Shown in pieces: positions 34,618 to 44,500 of a stretch of 64,000 bases of DNA. The stretch is from Mayamaea pseudoterrestris (lineage: Eukaryota). Each line of letters starts with the position of its first letter. Positions within the stretch are counted from its first letter, which is position 1. The stretch lies in NCBI GenBank assembly GCA_027923505.1, contig BROI01000002.1, forward strand, positions 2,294,001 through 2,358,000. The letters are read 5' to 3'. The notes beneath the pieces were generated by a model, which was given only the letters and a program-made list of their open reading frames with translations, made no database searches and had not been told where the DNA came from. A program made the position numbers and the translations under genes.

Positions 34618-36096
34618 TTAGGTTTTAATTGCGCCAGCAATTGTATTCTTTGTCAATTCGTTGATTTTGATGCTGCATTCACGTAGATAATGTTTTACGG
34701 AAGGTGGAGACCAACGTAGCCGATAGGCAATCTCGTCCTCCGACATGTTTGCATTAGCCAGGGCCACTGCTGCGGTGACACGATTGGAATGGGCCACAAT
34801 GCGTGTTATATTCTGGCGCAGGAAATGGGCCGGGTCAGGATATGCACCCTCAACGGCCTTTCGCATGATTTTAATAATGTCGCCGCTTGTTAGGTATGTG
34901 TAGTCTCCTCGCGCGGAGGTGCAGTAGACACCAAGTGGCTCGCGTTCCTTTTTGCAATGGAGGATACGTGCTCGTTGGATAATGGAAATCGCGGCCTTGA
35001 TTGGGCACAGGAACGGGTGACCTGAGCGCCGGAATTTCCGAATACTGAAATTCGTTTGGCTTTTGTCAAAACGAAAACGGATGTGAAGTTCATCGGCAGT
35101 TTGGCCTTTTGCAGCCAGGTCGCTGTGGGATAGTTCGTGACTGTCGGATGTGTAAAATGTAAAGTCCAGATCAGTAAAAGCCAGCGGCTGGTTGGCCCAC
35201 TCGGCAGCATGGTGCGAAGCAGGGACGCGGCTGAATTGGCCTCGACGGGCTGTTGTTTGAGCATATTCGTTGGCGCGTGAGCCTGTGAACGCGCCGAGGC
35301 GAGTCCAGTCAAATACTGTAGCTGTGAGATCCAGGATTGCCCGCTTGTCTCGAGAAGCGGAGGTGCGAACAGTGTTGTAGAGGTATTGGAACATGTGAAA
35401 CGTGTATGGTTCACGTTTTTCCTTTGGTTGCTGCCATTTACGGCGGTTGTCGAGAATTTCAGAGAGGAGCGGGTGGATTCCTGTTGATTTTGCAGGATCC
35501 ACAATGGAGAAGCGCTTATTGATGAGCAGTTGAATTGCGGCGTGGGCTGCGTTCATGTATCCCGAAACAGTTTTGACCATAGGAGTTCGCATGGCCGTTG
35601 ATTTTGACGAGAGCCTGAGTGATTTTCGATCAGCCTCGAGAGTCCTGCCAGAAGCGACTCGTTCCATGTATGCTGCAATTAACGGGATCGCTTGCCCCGG
35701 TGTGAGCGTTTTGAAAGACTTGTCTGTGAAGTTGAGCTCAAGGCACCATTTGACAAAATGCTTGGCGCGACTATCAAACGCTTTATCATGTTGGGAGCGA
35801 ATGTCGCCTCTGTTGCGGTTCCGTCGATCACTGAGGAGATTGTTGACAACAGACTGCGCGGCACTAGGTAAATTTTGCATGCTTGGAGCTTCGGCGGCGC
35901 CTGCGTCATAACGGATTCCCACGAGTTCGTCGAATGTGTGAAGCGAGAAAGGAGATCCGCGCCAATGTTTTCCTTCCCTGGAATGTGATTTCCCTGGATA
36001 CGAAAGGTAAGAGAATTGTAAGTGCAAATAGCGCAGAGAAAACGTGCAAGCCGACGCAGTTCTGGGCAAGTTGTACGGGCGGCGTGAGTCATCCAT
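34618..36096 (-). CDS. Tyrosine recombinase of the YR retrotransposon
   Basis: Catalytic residues in FTGSRANEY (R), FRFDKS (K), AHSNR (HxxR) and LRWSPPSVKHY (W..Y). Overlaps the RT/RH ORF; the true start may be ~35882. Confidence 0.9.
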   Translation of the reverse strand: MDDSRRPYNLPRTASACTFSLRYLHLQFSYLSYPGKSHSREGKHWRGSPFSLHTFDELVGIRYDAGAAEAPSMQNLPSAAQSVVNNLLSDRRNRNRGDIRSQHDKAFDSRAKHFVKWCLELNFTDKSFKTLTPGQAIPLIAAYMERVASGRTLEADRKSLRLSSKSTAMRTPMVKTVSGYMNAAHAAIQLLINKRFSIVDPAKSTGIHPLLSEILDNRRKWQQPKEKREPYTFHMFQYLYNTVRTSASRDKRAILDLTATVFDWTRLGAFTGSRANEYAQTTARRGQFSRVPASHHAAEWANQPLAFTDLDFTFYTSDSHELSHSDLAAKGQTADELHIRFRFDKSQTNFSIRKFRRSGHPFLCPIKAAISIIQRARILHCKKEREPLGVYCTSARGDYTYLTSGDIIKIMRKAVEGAYPDPAHFLRQNITRIVAHSNRVTAAVALANANMSEDEIAYRLRWSPPSVKHYLRECSIKINELTKNTIAGAIKT

Positions 36097-38570
36097 GACA
36101 AAGCCGAGGTATTGTCTGTGAGAACATTTAGGACATGTTCTTGAGTCGCAAGGGCAGGGTCATGTACCAAGGTGCCAATAGTCAATGTAATGTTGATTAT
36201 GATGCCCACAAATTCCAGTATGTTGATATGCCACACATTAGTGTTCAGGTGTTGTCGACGTTTGCTTGGGTCACGCATCTGAAAACCGCAACTTAGTAAG
36301 TCGGTTGCATACAGGCGCCATTTAAATTTTAATTCCGTGTTCCAAGCACCAATACCTTTCATGCTGGCGTCACTGTGAGAATGATTTGTTGGCGTGCGGT
36401 CAATGAGCAGCCCCATATGTCGTCGCCAGACGTGTGACCATTGCTTGTTGTTTAGTGTGGAGCGAAGGAAACGGAGGTCGGCAAGGGTGTCCTGTGTTAG
36501 ATGCAGGCGACCCTGTTTCCACCAGCGCTTAGTCTGATGGCGGCCTTGTGACATACGTGTTGCGTCTGTGAGATTTTGTTGGAGTCGAATAGACATGTAA
36601 GCTCCAAACTGCGCGACGTAACAGCCGTGACGGAGCAAACCCAATGGTTCAGCAAGGAGATTGGGAGCAATGAACATATATTGCGGTGGCTGTGTGCTGA
36701 CGGCCGCTGAGAGTTGGTCGATCATGACTGCCAATTTTTCTTGTTTATCAGTGGGCCATGCCAGTTGCAGCTTGCGTGTATCCCAATCGAAACCAATGTA
36801 ACGCAAGTGGAATGTGACGGAGACTTTCCATTTGCGTGGGTTTATACAAGGCGTCCGGAACTCAGGGTTCGGCTGGCCGAAGACAAGCTGAGCGGCCACT
36901 ACGCTGTTGCGAATTGCTGCAAGGATAGTGGCGGCTGTGCCTGGAACTGCTTGATCATCCACAAAACTGGCTGGCGCAAAGCGTCTGTCTGGGCCCAAGA
37001 GATCTGTCATTCCTGTGTTATATTTGTCGCGAACAGCGGGAGTGAAGGTTTGGCAGATGTCGGCGGTGGGGGCAGCCGACAAGACAATGGAATCGGATAG
37101 TTCTGTGCGCGTATCGCCAACGTCGAGAACAGAAGCTATTAACCCGCGAAGTTCTGCGAGTATCATGTAAAAGGACGGCGCGTTGCGAGCACCAAAGATC
37201 ATGCCCACTGGAATGACCAAATACTGGCAAAGAACTGATGCAAAGGCTGGGCCAATATCCGGATGGTACTTTACCCAACGGAACGCAGCGGAAATGTCGT
37301 CGGCTGCAAAATAAATTTCTTCTGTCGGGTGGTCCAAGCGCATGTTGTAAATGGCCTTTAGAAGGCGGCGAAGGACTGTGCCATAGTAGACTGCTGGATT
37401 TTCATTATAGCGACCCGGTTCGCCAGCGGGCGGTATCTGCTCATTTACATTTCCACAATCAGTTGGCGACAATGTTGTTGATGGATCACAAACCAGTCGT
37501 CCTTCATCACCTAGCCGGCCGGGTTTAGGTGGAATGTATGAGATGAGTGACAAGAAAAGTCCAGGAATGAAGCGCCACAAGAAGCGTGGAAACATAATGT
37601 GGTATGAGTGTTTCTCCTCCTTGCGAAATTTTTCCATGACTGTGTCCATGACGCTGTCGAGTCGCCGATTGTTCTCCAAGTTTCGTGCGATGACATCGGC
37701 GAATGTGCCGCGATAAACTCCATGTAATGGTGCTCCATGGTGGATGAGATGAAGGACAGCGTCACAATTGACGGGTGGCTCGCTGGATGGAAGTCGGGTG
37801 TGGCGGACTTTGGCAATGACATCGCTGAGCAGATTCCAATCGCGACCTTGGTTTGTATATTCGCCTCCAAGCCAGCGGAGAAAATCGCCATAATTGAAAT
37901 TGAAACGCAGAAGAGCTGCCCCCATATCCATGGCGCGAGAGTCCGACAATGGTGACATGTCGTCGCCTGGGAAGCGACGTGGCTCGCGAAGATAATGCAG
38001 TGAATGGTTGGAGGCTCGCCGGCGTAGGTATGCGTACTCCATTAACGTGAAATGCGACTGTAAAATCTCCTTGCGAATTTGCAGAGAGAAATAGTCCCAG
38101 CAGAGATGTAGAATGAAGTAGCCGGACTTATCGTGATGGAAAGTACCAATTTTCGGTGTGGCTCGGCCCCATCCATGGAGGCGCCGATGGTACACACGGT
38201 CATCCATTGGTAGGAGACCACACGATCCGTACAGAGGATCAAGGAATGTACATCCAGCGATGCGCAGTGCATTTGCATCGTTGAGACAGAGGAATGGCCA
38301 AACGCTTGCCATGATTGTGCCAAGAACATGTTCCCATGATTTGCTTGAGAATTGATGAAACGATGTGGGGATGACACCATTAGGCGGTGGAGGCAGTGGA
38401 CGTCGCCAGCCGATTGGAAGTGTCGGAATTGTGTCGCGTAGCGGTGGATAATTATTTACTGAAGAGTGTGTGACGTCGAACGGCGAGACAAGTGCTGTAG
38501 CAACTGTGGTTAACGGGGCAGTATTATATAAGTCGGAGACTGCAGAGCGTGTCGACATCCAGCGCGTCAT
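35679..38570 (-). CDS. Reverse transcriptase / RNase H (DIRS-type)
   Basis: RT motifs DDISAAFR, FGARNAP and FVDD. DIRS-type RNase H motifs SDAS, HINILEF, TDNTSAL and HIPGKENIGADLLSR. Confidence 0.92.
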   Translation of the reverse strand: MTRWMSTRSAVSDLYNTAPLTTVATALVSPFDVTHSSVNNYPPLRDTIPTLPIGWRRPLPPPPNGVIPTSFHQFSSKSWEHVLGTIMASVWPFLCLNDANALRIAGCTFLDPLYGSCGLLPMDDRVYHRRLHGWGRATPKIGTFHHDKSGYFILHLCWDYFSLQIRKEILQSHFTLMEYAYLRRRASNHSLHYLREPRRFPGDDMSPLSDSRAMDMGAALLRFNFNYGDFLRWLGGEYTNQGRDWNLLSDVIAKVRHTRLPSSEPPVNCDAVLHLIHHGAPLHGVYRGTFADVIARNLENNRRLDSVMDTVMEKFRKEEKHSYHIMFPRFLWRFIPGLFLSLISYIPPKPGRLGDEGRLVCDPSTTLSPTDCGNVNEQIPPAGEPGRYNENPAVYYGTVLRRLLKAIYNMRLDHPTEEIYFAADDISAAFRWVKYHPDIGPAFASVLCQYLVIPVGMIFGARNAPSFYMILAELRGLIASVLDVGDTRTELSDSIVLSAAPTADICQTFTPAVRDKYNTGMTDLLGPDRRFAPASFVDDQAVPGTAATILAAIRNSVVAAQLVFGQPNPEFRTPCINPRKWKVSVTFHLRYIGFDWDTRKLQLAWPTDKQEKLAVMIDQLSAAVSTQPPQYMFIAPNLLAEPLGLLRHGCYVAQFGAYMSIRLQQNLTDATRMSQGRHQTKRWWKQGRLHLTQDTLADLRFLRSTLNNKQWSHVWRRHMGLLIDRTPTNHSHSDASMKGIGAWNTELKFKWRLYATDLLSCGFQMRDPSKRRQHLNTNVWHINILEFVGIIINITLTIGTLVHDPALATQEHVLNVLTDNTSALSWMTHAARTTCPELRRLARFLCAICTYNSLTFRIQGNHIPGKENIGADLLSRFTHSTNSWESVMTQAPPKLQACKIYLVPRSLLSTISSVIDGTATEATFAPNMIKRLIVAPSILSNGALSSTSQTSLSKRSHRGKRSR

Positions 38571-38636
38571 GATATCTGATTCAATTAATTCTTGCTCGTT
38601 CCATTTATCCGCGTCGGCCGTCCGGAGTGGCGCTTG

Positions 38637-41198
38637 TCAGGCCATGAGATCGAGGAAAGCTTGTGTTTTTCTGAACTTGCCGGCGACGCGGTTATCGTCG
38701 ATAAATGTGCTCAATTGACGAAGAGTATCCGCCGTGTAACGGGAATTTGGAATGTCAATGTGCGCGCGACGACAACTTTGGTTTGAGCAACCTGCATGAT
38801 CTCGAAGAATGTATGGAATACAAATGTGGACGCCATCGACCTTTGGAATGATAATGCCTGCCCGACTCCAGTCACTTATCAGATGATTGACATTGTAATC
38901 GCCTCCATTTACACCGTTTTCCCAAGCGAGGAGCGCGCGTGCTGCATTACGAACGCGACCATTATACGTACCAGTTTGCGACGTGGAGCGTGACGAGTTG
39001 CCGCGTGGTGGGCGTTCAGCCGAATTATGGTCAGGGCGCGAGGCGCTGCGTTCGAATGATCTATCAGCCGTGGCTGTCGAGGCGAAGCGTGTGTTTGTGT
39101 CGGGTGCGTGATGGCGAGTTGTAGGGGGCGCTGCGTTTGTGGACGGTTGGAAATGTACACTTGTGAATCGACCATCGCGACGTAGGCTACTTGAAGCTGC
39201 ATCATTTGTGTGATTACGTCGAGACGAGATGGGGAGAACATCCGGCGGTACTGGTTTGTTGAAAGGTCCTTTGGTTGGTAACGCAACTGCGCGCAGAATG
39301 TCGGCCGAGAAGACGTCGTCGGCAGTGGTGCGCCACTTTTCCAGCCGCGTTTGCAGCTGGATGTGGCCTTGGACGCGAATGGTGGGGCGGAGGATTAAAA
39401 CATCTGATCGTTCTGGTGAATCATGGACGTGAGCCTCAATGCAGTGAGCTGCTGGGTTGTCGGTTTCAGGCCAGTCTGACATTATTTCAATTAACTGGCA
39501 AATGTGAAGAATGACGGCCGCTGTTGCCGCCAGGCGCTTTGATCCAAGAGCATCCCAGACCGTACCAAATTCATGGACGTCAAATCGTTTGAATAAATAA
39601 AGGGAATTACCCGCCAATGGTGAAGCGAGTGACCACGGCGAGCAGCCAGGGTGGATTTTGTCGAGCCGTTCATACCGATCGGGCATATGGAACATTTCTT
39701 GAAAGAACCACATGAGATTCTTCCAAAATTTGAACATGTTAAGACTAGTGAAGCCATTCTCTGGTAAGCGTATGCCAGTTGACTGAATCGTCGAGACAAA
39801 ATGCCATGGGGTTAGCGCGACAGGGAGAAGGTGCGCTTGGAATTTTAGGCCGGGCTCGAATGCCGCTGATTGAATTGCCTGGATATATTCATTGCGCTCA
39901 AACAAGTCAAAACAGTCGATGGCCGGGCAACTGTATAAGGTGTACTTATGAGCATTGATCGCGGATCTGTAGGCGCTGTGAAGCATTGCGGTGACGTTGG
40001 CTGGCTTGGCAAGGGTGATGGCAGTCGACTTTTCCTTTTCCGAACTTTTGATTCCGTAGACCTGGCTTGCGAATTTTGAGCTAATGTAACCTGGCACCAG
40101 GCGATGATTTGGTGGATAGACAATGTCTGGAGACGGGCCAATGTCGAAAGCTAGGCCGCAATGGTGAGCTCCTAGGAAAGCGAGGCGAGCATGATGAATC
40201 GTCATGATACCGTTTACATAATTGTCTCTTGCGAAGATGTATGGGTGTGGCTGGAATTTTTTAGCTGATGGGAGAAGGAACATTGGATATTTCTTGCAAC
40301 TGGAATTGAAAATGTCGACCAAGCGGCTTTCGGGTTGCTCGCATGGGAGCATGTACTCAGAGGGAGATGTAACTGCTGCGACTGCTGTACCAAAATCTGG
40401 AAGCTGATAAATTTTTCGTGAGGTGCGTGGAACTTGGTAACATTCAATAGTTGTTCCAATTGAGATGTCGTCGCGACGGGAGCGTGAGGAGACGGTATCG
40501 GTCTCGTGATCGGACGAATGGCGCCGTTTCTTGGGAGGTTCTTCGAATGGATCTTGGCGGACATGCGCAGGAGAAGAAACTGTTTTGAACTGGTCGCCGA
40601 ACAGGTTGTTAAGAATTGCACTCGCGTCCACTGGAGCGGTTGCTTTGTCTTTCGACTGCGGACTTTTGGAACCCGCATGTTCATCCTTGGAGAAAATATG
40701 TAGAGAGTCCGGAACATTGTCGCGCTGGCCTGGCAACTGGAGGACTTTAAACGCTTCAAGAAATGATGGCATGCCGCTCTTGAGGAACGGAATGTGAAAT
40801 TTGCTGCGCCATCCTGCGGTCTTTGGGTCGCACAACGCGAAAATGACGGGGCAATCCAGGGAATGATGGCGGTGATAATCGGATAAAAGCGGAGTGCCGT
40901 TTACCGCCTGGAGTGAGAGTGACAGAAAGTGCTGCAGCTTCTCCGTCCATGCCTTCTTATCCGAACCAAAAGAATTGGAAACATGATCCATGACTGTCTT
41001 GGCGCGAATGGTGATCTCCGAATAAAGAAAAGTACGTTCGGCCGAGTCGTCGTCTTGCGCCGCGAGCTCGAGAAAAGTTTCTTTTACATCAAACAGGAAA
41101 AAGGACTCGATGGCCATCTTAAGTGGCTCCATGTTGCAGGCGCGGAGCCACACTGGTAAAGTTGGAATTGAGTCGAGCCAGTCGTACGTGTCGACGTT
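38637..41198 (-). CDS. ORF1 (gag-like) of the YR retrotransposon, 5'-truncated by a Copia LTR
   Basis: Long ORF directly upstream of RT with a C-terminal CCCH-like CIPYILRDHAGCSNQSCRRAH. The first 21 codons of the ORF call are LTR-derived. Confidence 0.75.
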   Translation of the reverse strand, partial: NVDTYDWLDSIPTLPVWLRACNMEPLKMAIESFFLFDVKETFLELAAQDDDSAERTFLYSEITIRAKTVMDHVSNSFGSDKKAWTEKLQHFLSLSLQAVNGTPLLSDYHRHHSLDCPVIFALCDPKTAGWRSKFHIPFLKSGMPSFLEAFKVLQLPGQRDNVPDSLHIFSKDEHAGSKSPQSKDKATAPVDASAILNNLFGDQFKTVSSPAHVRQDPFEEPPKKRRHSSDHETDTVSSRSRRDDISIGTTIECYQVPRTSRKIYQLPDFGTAVAAVTSPSEYMLPCEQPESRLVDIFNSSCKKYPMFLLPSAKKFQPHPYIFARDNYVNGIMTIHHARLAFLGAHHCGLAFDIGPSPDIVYPPNHRLVPGYISSKFASQVYGIKSSEKEKSTAITLAKPANVTAMLHSAYRSAINAHKYTLYSCPAIDCFDLFERNEYIQAIQSAAFEPGLKFQAHLLPVALTPWHFVSTIQSTGIRLPENGFTSLNMFKFWKNLMWFFQEMFHMPDRYERLDKIHPGCSPWSLASPLAGNSLYLFKRFDVHEFGTVWDALGSKRLAATAAVILHICQLIEIMSDWPETDNPAAHCIEAHVHDSPERSDVLILRPTIRVQGHIQLQTRLEKWRTTADDVFSADILRAVALPTKGPFNKPVPPDVLPISSRRNHTNDAASSSLRRDGRFTSVHFQPSTNAAPPTTRHHAPDTNTRFASTATADRSFERSASRPDHNSAERPPRGNSSRSTSQTGTYNGRVRNAARALLAWENGVNGGDYNVNHLISDWSRAGIIIPKVDGVHICIPYILRDHAGCSNQSCRRAHIDIPNSRYTADTLRQLSTFIDDNRVAGKFRKTQAFLDLMA

Positions 41199-41510
41199 TG
41201 TAACTTGTAAATCAAATCGTTGCACCTTTCGCTTGTAGCTGTCCTTGGATGGCCAATCCAAGCTTGCAGTTGCTACAATACGAGAGACGAATAAATCGCT
41301 TTCTTAACTCTTCAAGCTTAGTAAGTCTGCTTGTTTCTACTCTATATCGCACTAGTTTCAGCAATATACTCGTTGAATCGCTTCGAAGCCGTCGCTGCCA
41401 CGCATCACGCGATCGTGAGGCTGTGGTGAGCCGCGAGTGCCGCTGTGTCACCCTATCGGACATTCGGTGTGACTTGCCCGATTTTCGCTGTTTTTCGTTC
41501 GCATCCTGCA
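41199..41510 (-). repeat. LTR (3') of Copia family A, copy 1
   Basis: ~311-bp repeat with TG..CA termini on the minus strand. A polypurine tract TTGAGGGGAG lies just upstream on the minus strand. Confidence 0.92.
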
Positions 41511-44500
41511 ACTCCCCTCAAGTCATACCTAATAGTTCGATTCCTTGAAGAGCAGGTTCTTTAAGTGCTTGCTTGCCGTAGCCCGCGGAAGAAACTTGGT
41601 AAGTACATCCGCCGGGTTTGTCGTTCCCATGATGTGGTTGAAATTAATAATTCCCGCCGCAATCGCTTCGCGTACACGGTGAAATGCCAGTGCATTGTGT
41701 CGCTTCGTCAGACTAGAGTGCGGTAGGTTGCTGCTTTGCGTTACCGACTTGTTGTCTCCAAACATCCATGAAGGTCCGTCGAGCGGAACTCCCAACATGC
41801 GTAGCGTGAAGCGAAGATCCATGATCTGCTCCGTGCTCACTCTCGCTGCTACAAACTCCGAGCCGTACGTCGCCGTCTCGACCGTCGCTTGGCGTTTCGA
41901 AAACCAATCGACGACTGTTCCATTCAACATGTGTAGCATGCCCATCGCTGCCCGTCCCGTCGTGTAATCGTGGTACAGGTTTGCATCTTCGAACGTTGAC
42001 ATTCGCACCGCCTTGCCGCGCGGCGTGGGCATGTTCCACGGAAGCTCTTCGCAGATCTTGCCGTACACACTGTAATCCCAATCCATCTTGTCAACTGTCG
42101 CGTATCGCTCGTCCGTTGGAATCGAAACGTTGAATCGAATCGCTCCATCCGGGTATCGTCGTAAGTATCCGCAAATATGCTTCAACCGTTCCAAGTGCCC
42201 CGCTCGTGGCGCAGCTCGGAATCTCCCCATAGTCATGACAGCACAGTGAATGTCGAATCGACATAAACTTACTGCCCATTGCAACGCACCAATGATCGAT
42301 TGATACTTCGCAATTCCGTCGTCGTCAAGTTCTTTCGTTTCGTCGAGTTCCGGATGATCGCCGTCGCGTAGTGGACTTGTCTGCGGTCGCGGTTCCTCGC
42401 CGAACATTTCTTTGTAGTTCGCTAATAGTCTTGTGACGTACTTCTTCGCTCCGAAGCAGAGTACGCCGTCGTCGTCCCGCCAAACGTCTGCGCCCAAATG
42501 ATATGCCAATGGACCGACGCCCTTCAACTTGTAGTTGTAGTTCTCAATTAAAAGATCCGTTAGTTCTTTCGGATTCTTCATCGCTATCGCTAAATCGTCG
42601 ACATACACACAAACGTATTCGTAGTGCGTGCCCTTATCGCGCATCCACACGTCGGGTTCTGCGATACACGGCGTGAAGCCAATGTCGCGGAGCGTGTCTG
42701 CAAAGTGTTCGTGCCAGCGTGCGCCTGACGTGCGAAGACCGTATAGTGCCTTCACGATCGTGAGCGTGTGACCCTCGAGCTCCCCGAACTCCGGACCTGC
42801 CACGATATAAACCTTCTCTTTCGTTTTCGCTTCCAAGTATGCGTTGCCGACGTCAGCTGCCCACAGTTCCAGACCGTTGAGTTCCGCTAACATCGCTACC
42901 ATTCGTAGACTTCGCAATGACACAACGCCCGAGTAAACTGAATCCTTCGGCGGCTCTGTCATATGTCCTCCTGCGACGAGTCGTGCTTTCCGTCGCAAAT
43001 CGTGCTTGACATCGAATATCATGTGCACGTTTATTCGTTTCCATGGCGCCGGCATAACCTTACCGACTCCTTGATCTGCGAACGTGTCGTAATCATTTAT
43101 CTGATTTAATTCCGTTCGAATCGCATCCGTCCACAGCGTGTTGCCGTTGATCTCGTCGAGAGCTTTCGCATCTTTATAATTGCGCGGCAACCTTACGCCG
43201 AATTTGTAGCGTACGCCGTTTGCTTTCGATTTTCGTTTCGCCGCTGTTACCATCTGTCGAAACTTCTTTCGCTTCCGAGTGTAATGCTCCAGCTGCTTCC
43301 ATCCTGGCTTGTCGAGTAAGCCGTGCTTGAGTCCATACTCTGCGATTGTTATCGGATCGTCCTTCTTCATGATCGCGAGAGGCTCCCACGTCGTCGTTCC
43401 GTCAGTCCATTCGACGAGAACGTTACTTGAACTTCCTTTGTATGTCGGATCGTTCGGTTTCAAATTAAGCTCGTGTCCGATTACCTTCGTGAATACCCAC
43501 TGAGTCGCCGGATCGTTTCGTATATCTTCGTCCATCTGTCGTTCGATTAAATCCGACAGTTCGTTGTAACTTATTAAGTCTTTCGCTGGCTCCTCTCCCA
43601 TCTGGATCAGGAAACCTTTCGTCGTTTCGAGTAGCTCGTTATCGCGTACTTCGATATATTCGCATACAGTCGCTCGCATTTTCTGACCATTTTCGTGTTC
43701 CCTTACGAACGTGCGTCCGATGAGTTCGCTTGGAGAGAACAGAGGGCATTTATTCCCTGATTCTTGCTCAGCCCTTCTGAAGAACTTCGCTGGTACGTTG
43801 GCGTGGTTCGCCATCGGAATTGTTTCGTCGTCGTTTCCTTCGTAGTTGTCGTGACTACTTTCTGTCGCATGCGTGCTATGGTAGCGTCCTGTCGCGAGAT
43901 CTGGAGTTTCAAAATTTCGCTCGCTTGCGCGTGTAGCTTCTTCAGAAATCTCCCCTCCAGACTCAGGGAAGGAAGGCAACTCTCGTGGTAACAAGTAGCT
44001 GCGCGAGACCACGTTGGAGCGCGGAATCGCCTGAAGCGTGTCGTCCGTCAGAACGAGAAAAGTCATGTGCGGACCGCTATTCTCTGCGATGCCCATGAAT
44101 CGGCCGTTGCCAGATCGTACCGCCGAGGGAAACTCCCCTGCGCCTCAAACGTGACCGGTTCCCACCACTTGAAATGTAACAAAGGCGAAATATCCGGCAA
44201 ATTTCCGAACGCAACTTCCGTTGGAGTGCGCCATCCCAGCGATTTCGTCGCGAGGACGTTCAGAATCATGATTACGAATTTAATCAGCAAAACCCAGCAA
44301 TGCCCTGGCGAACCCGAATCTCGTTGGAGGTTCTCCATCATTGGCTTAATGTGCGACGTGTGACGTTCGCATGGATTTTGTTCTGGGTGACCCGGTTCTG
44401 TGGTCACTTGAGGAATATTGTACATCCGACAGAGATCCCTCACAGCCTTGCCAGTCTCCGACTTGGCATTGTCGCTGAGCAGTCCGTTAGGAGCGCCCAC

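Larger units (their letters stand above)
33504..41198 (-). mobile_element. Tyrosine-recombinase retrotransposon (DIRS order, Ngaro/PAT-like), 5' end displaced by a Copia insertion
   Basis: Gag-like ORF1, RT-RNase H and an overlapping YR ORF lie on one strand, followed by split direct repeats. Confidence 0.88.

Noticed and set aside
41199..41261. Apparent N-terminus MDWPSKDSY.. fused to the YR-retrotransposon ORF1 and other ORFs
   Set aside because: It is LTR sequence with a TTG start and recurs at every LTR junction, so it is an ORF-caller artefact.
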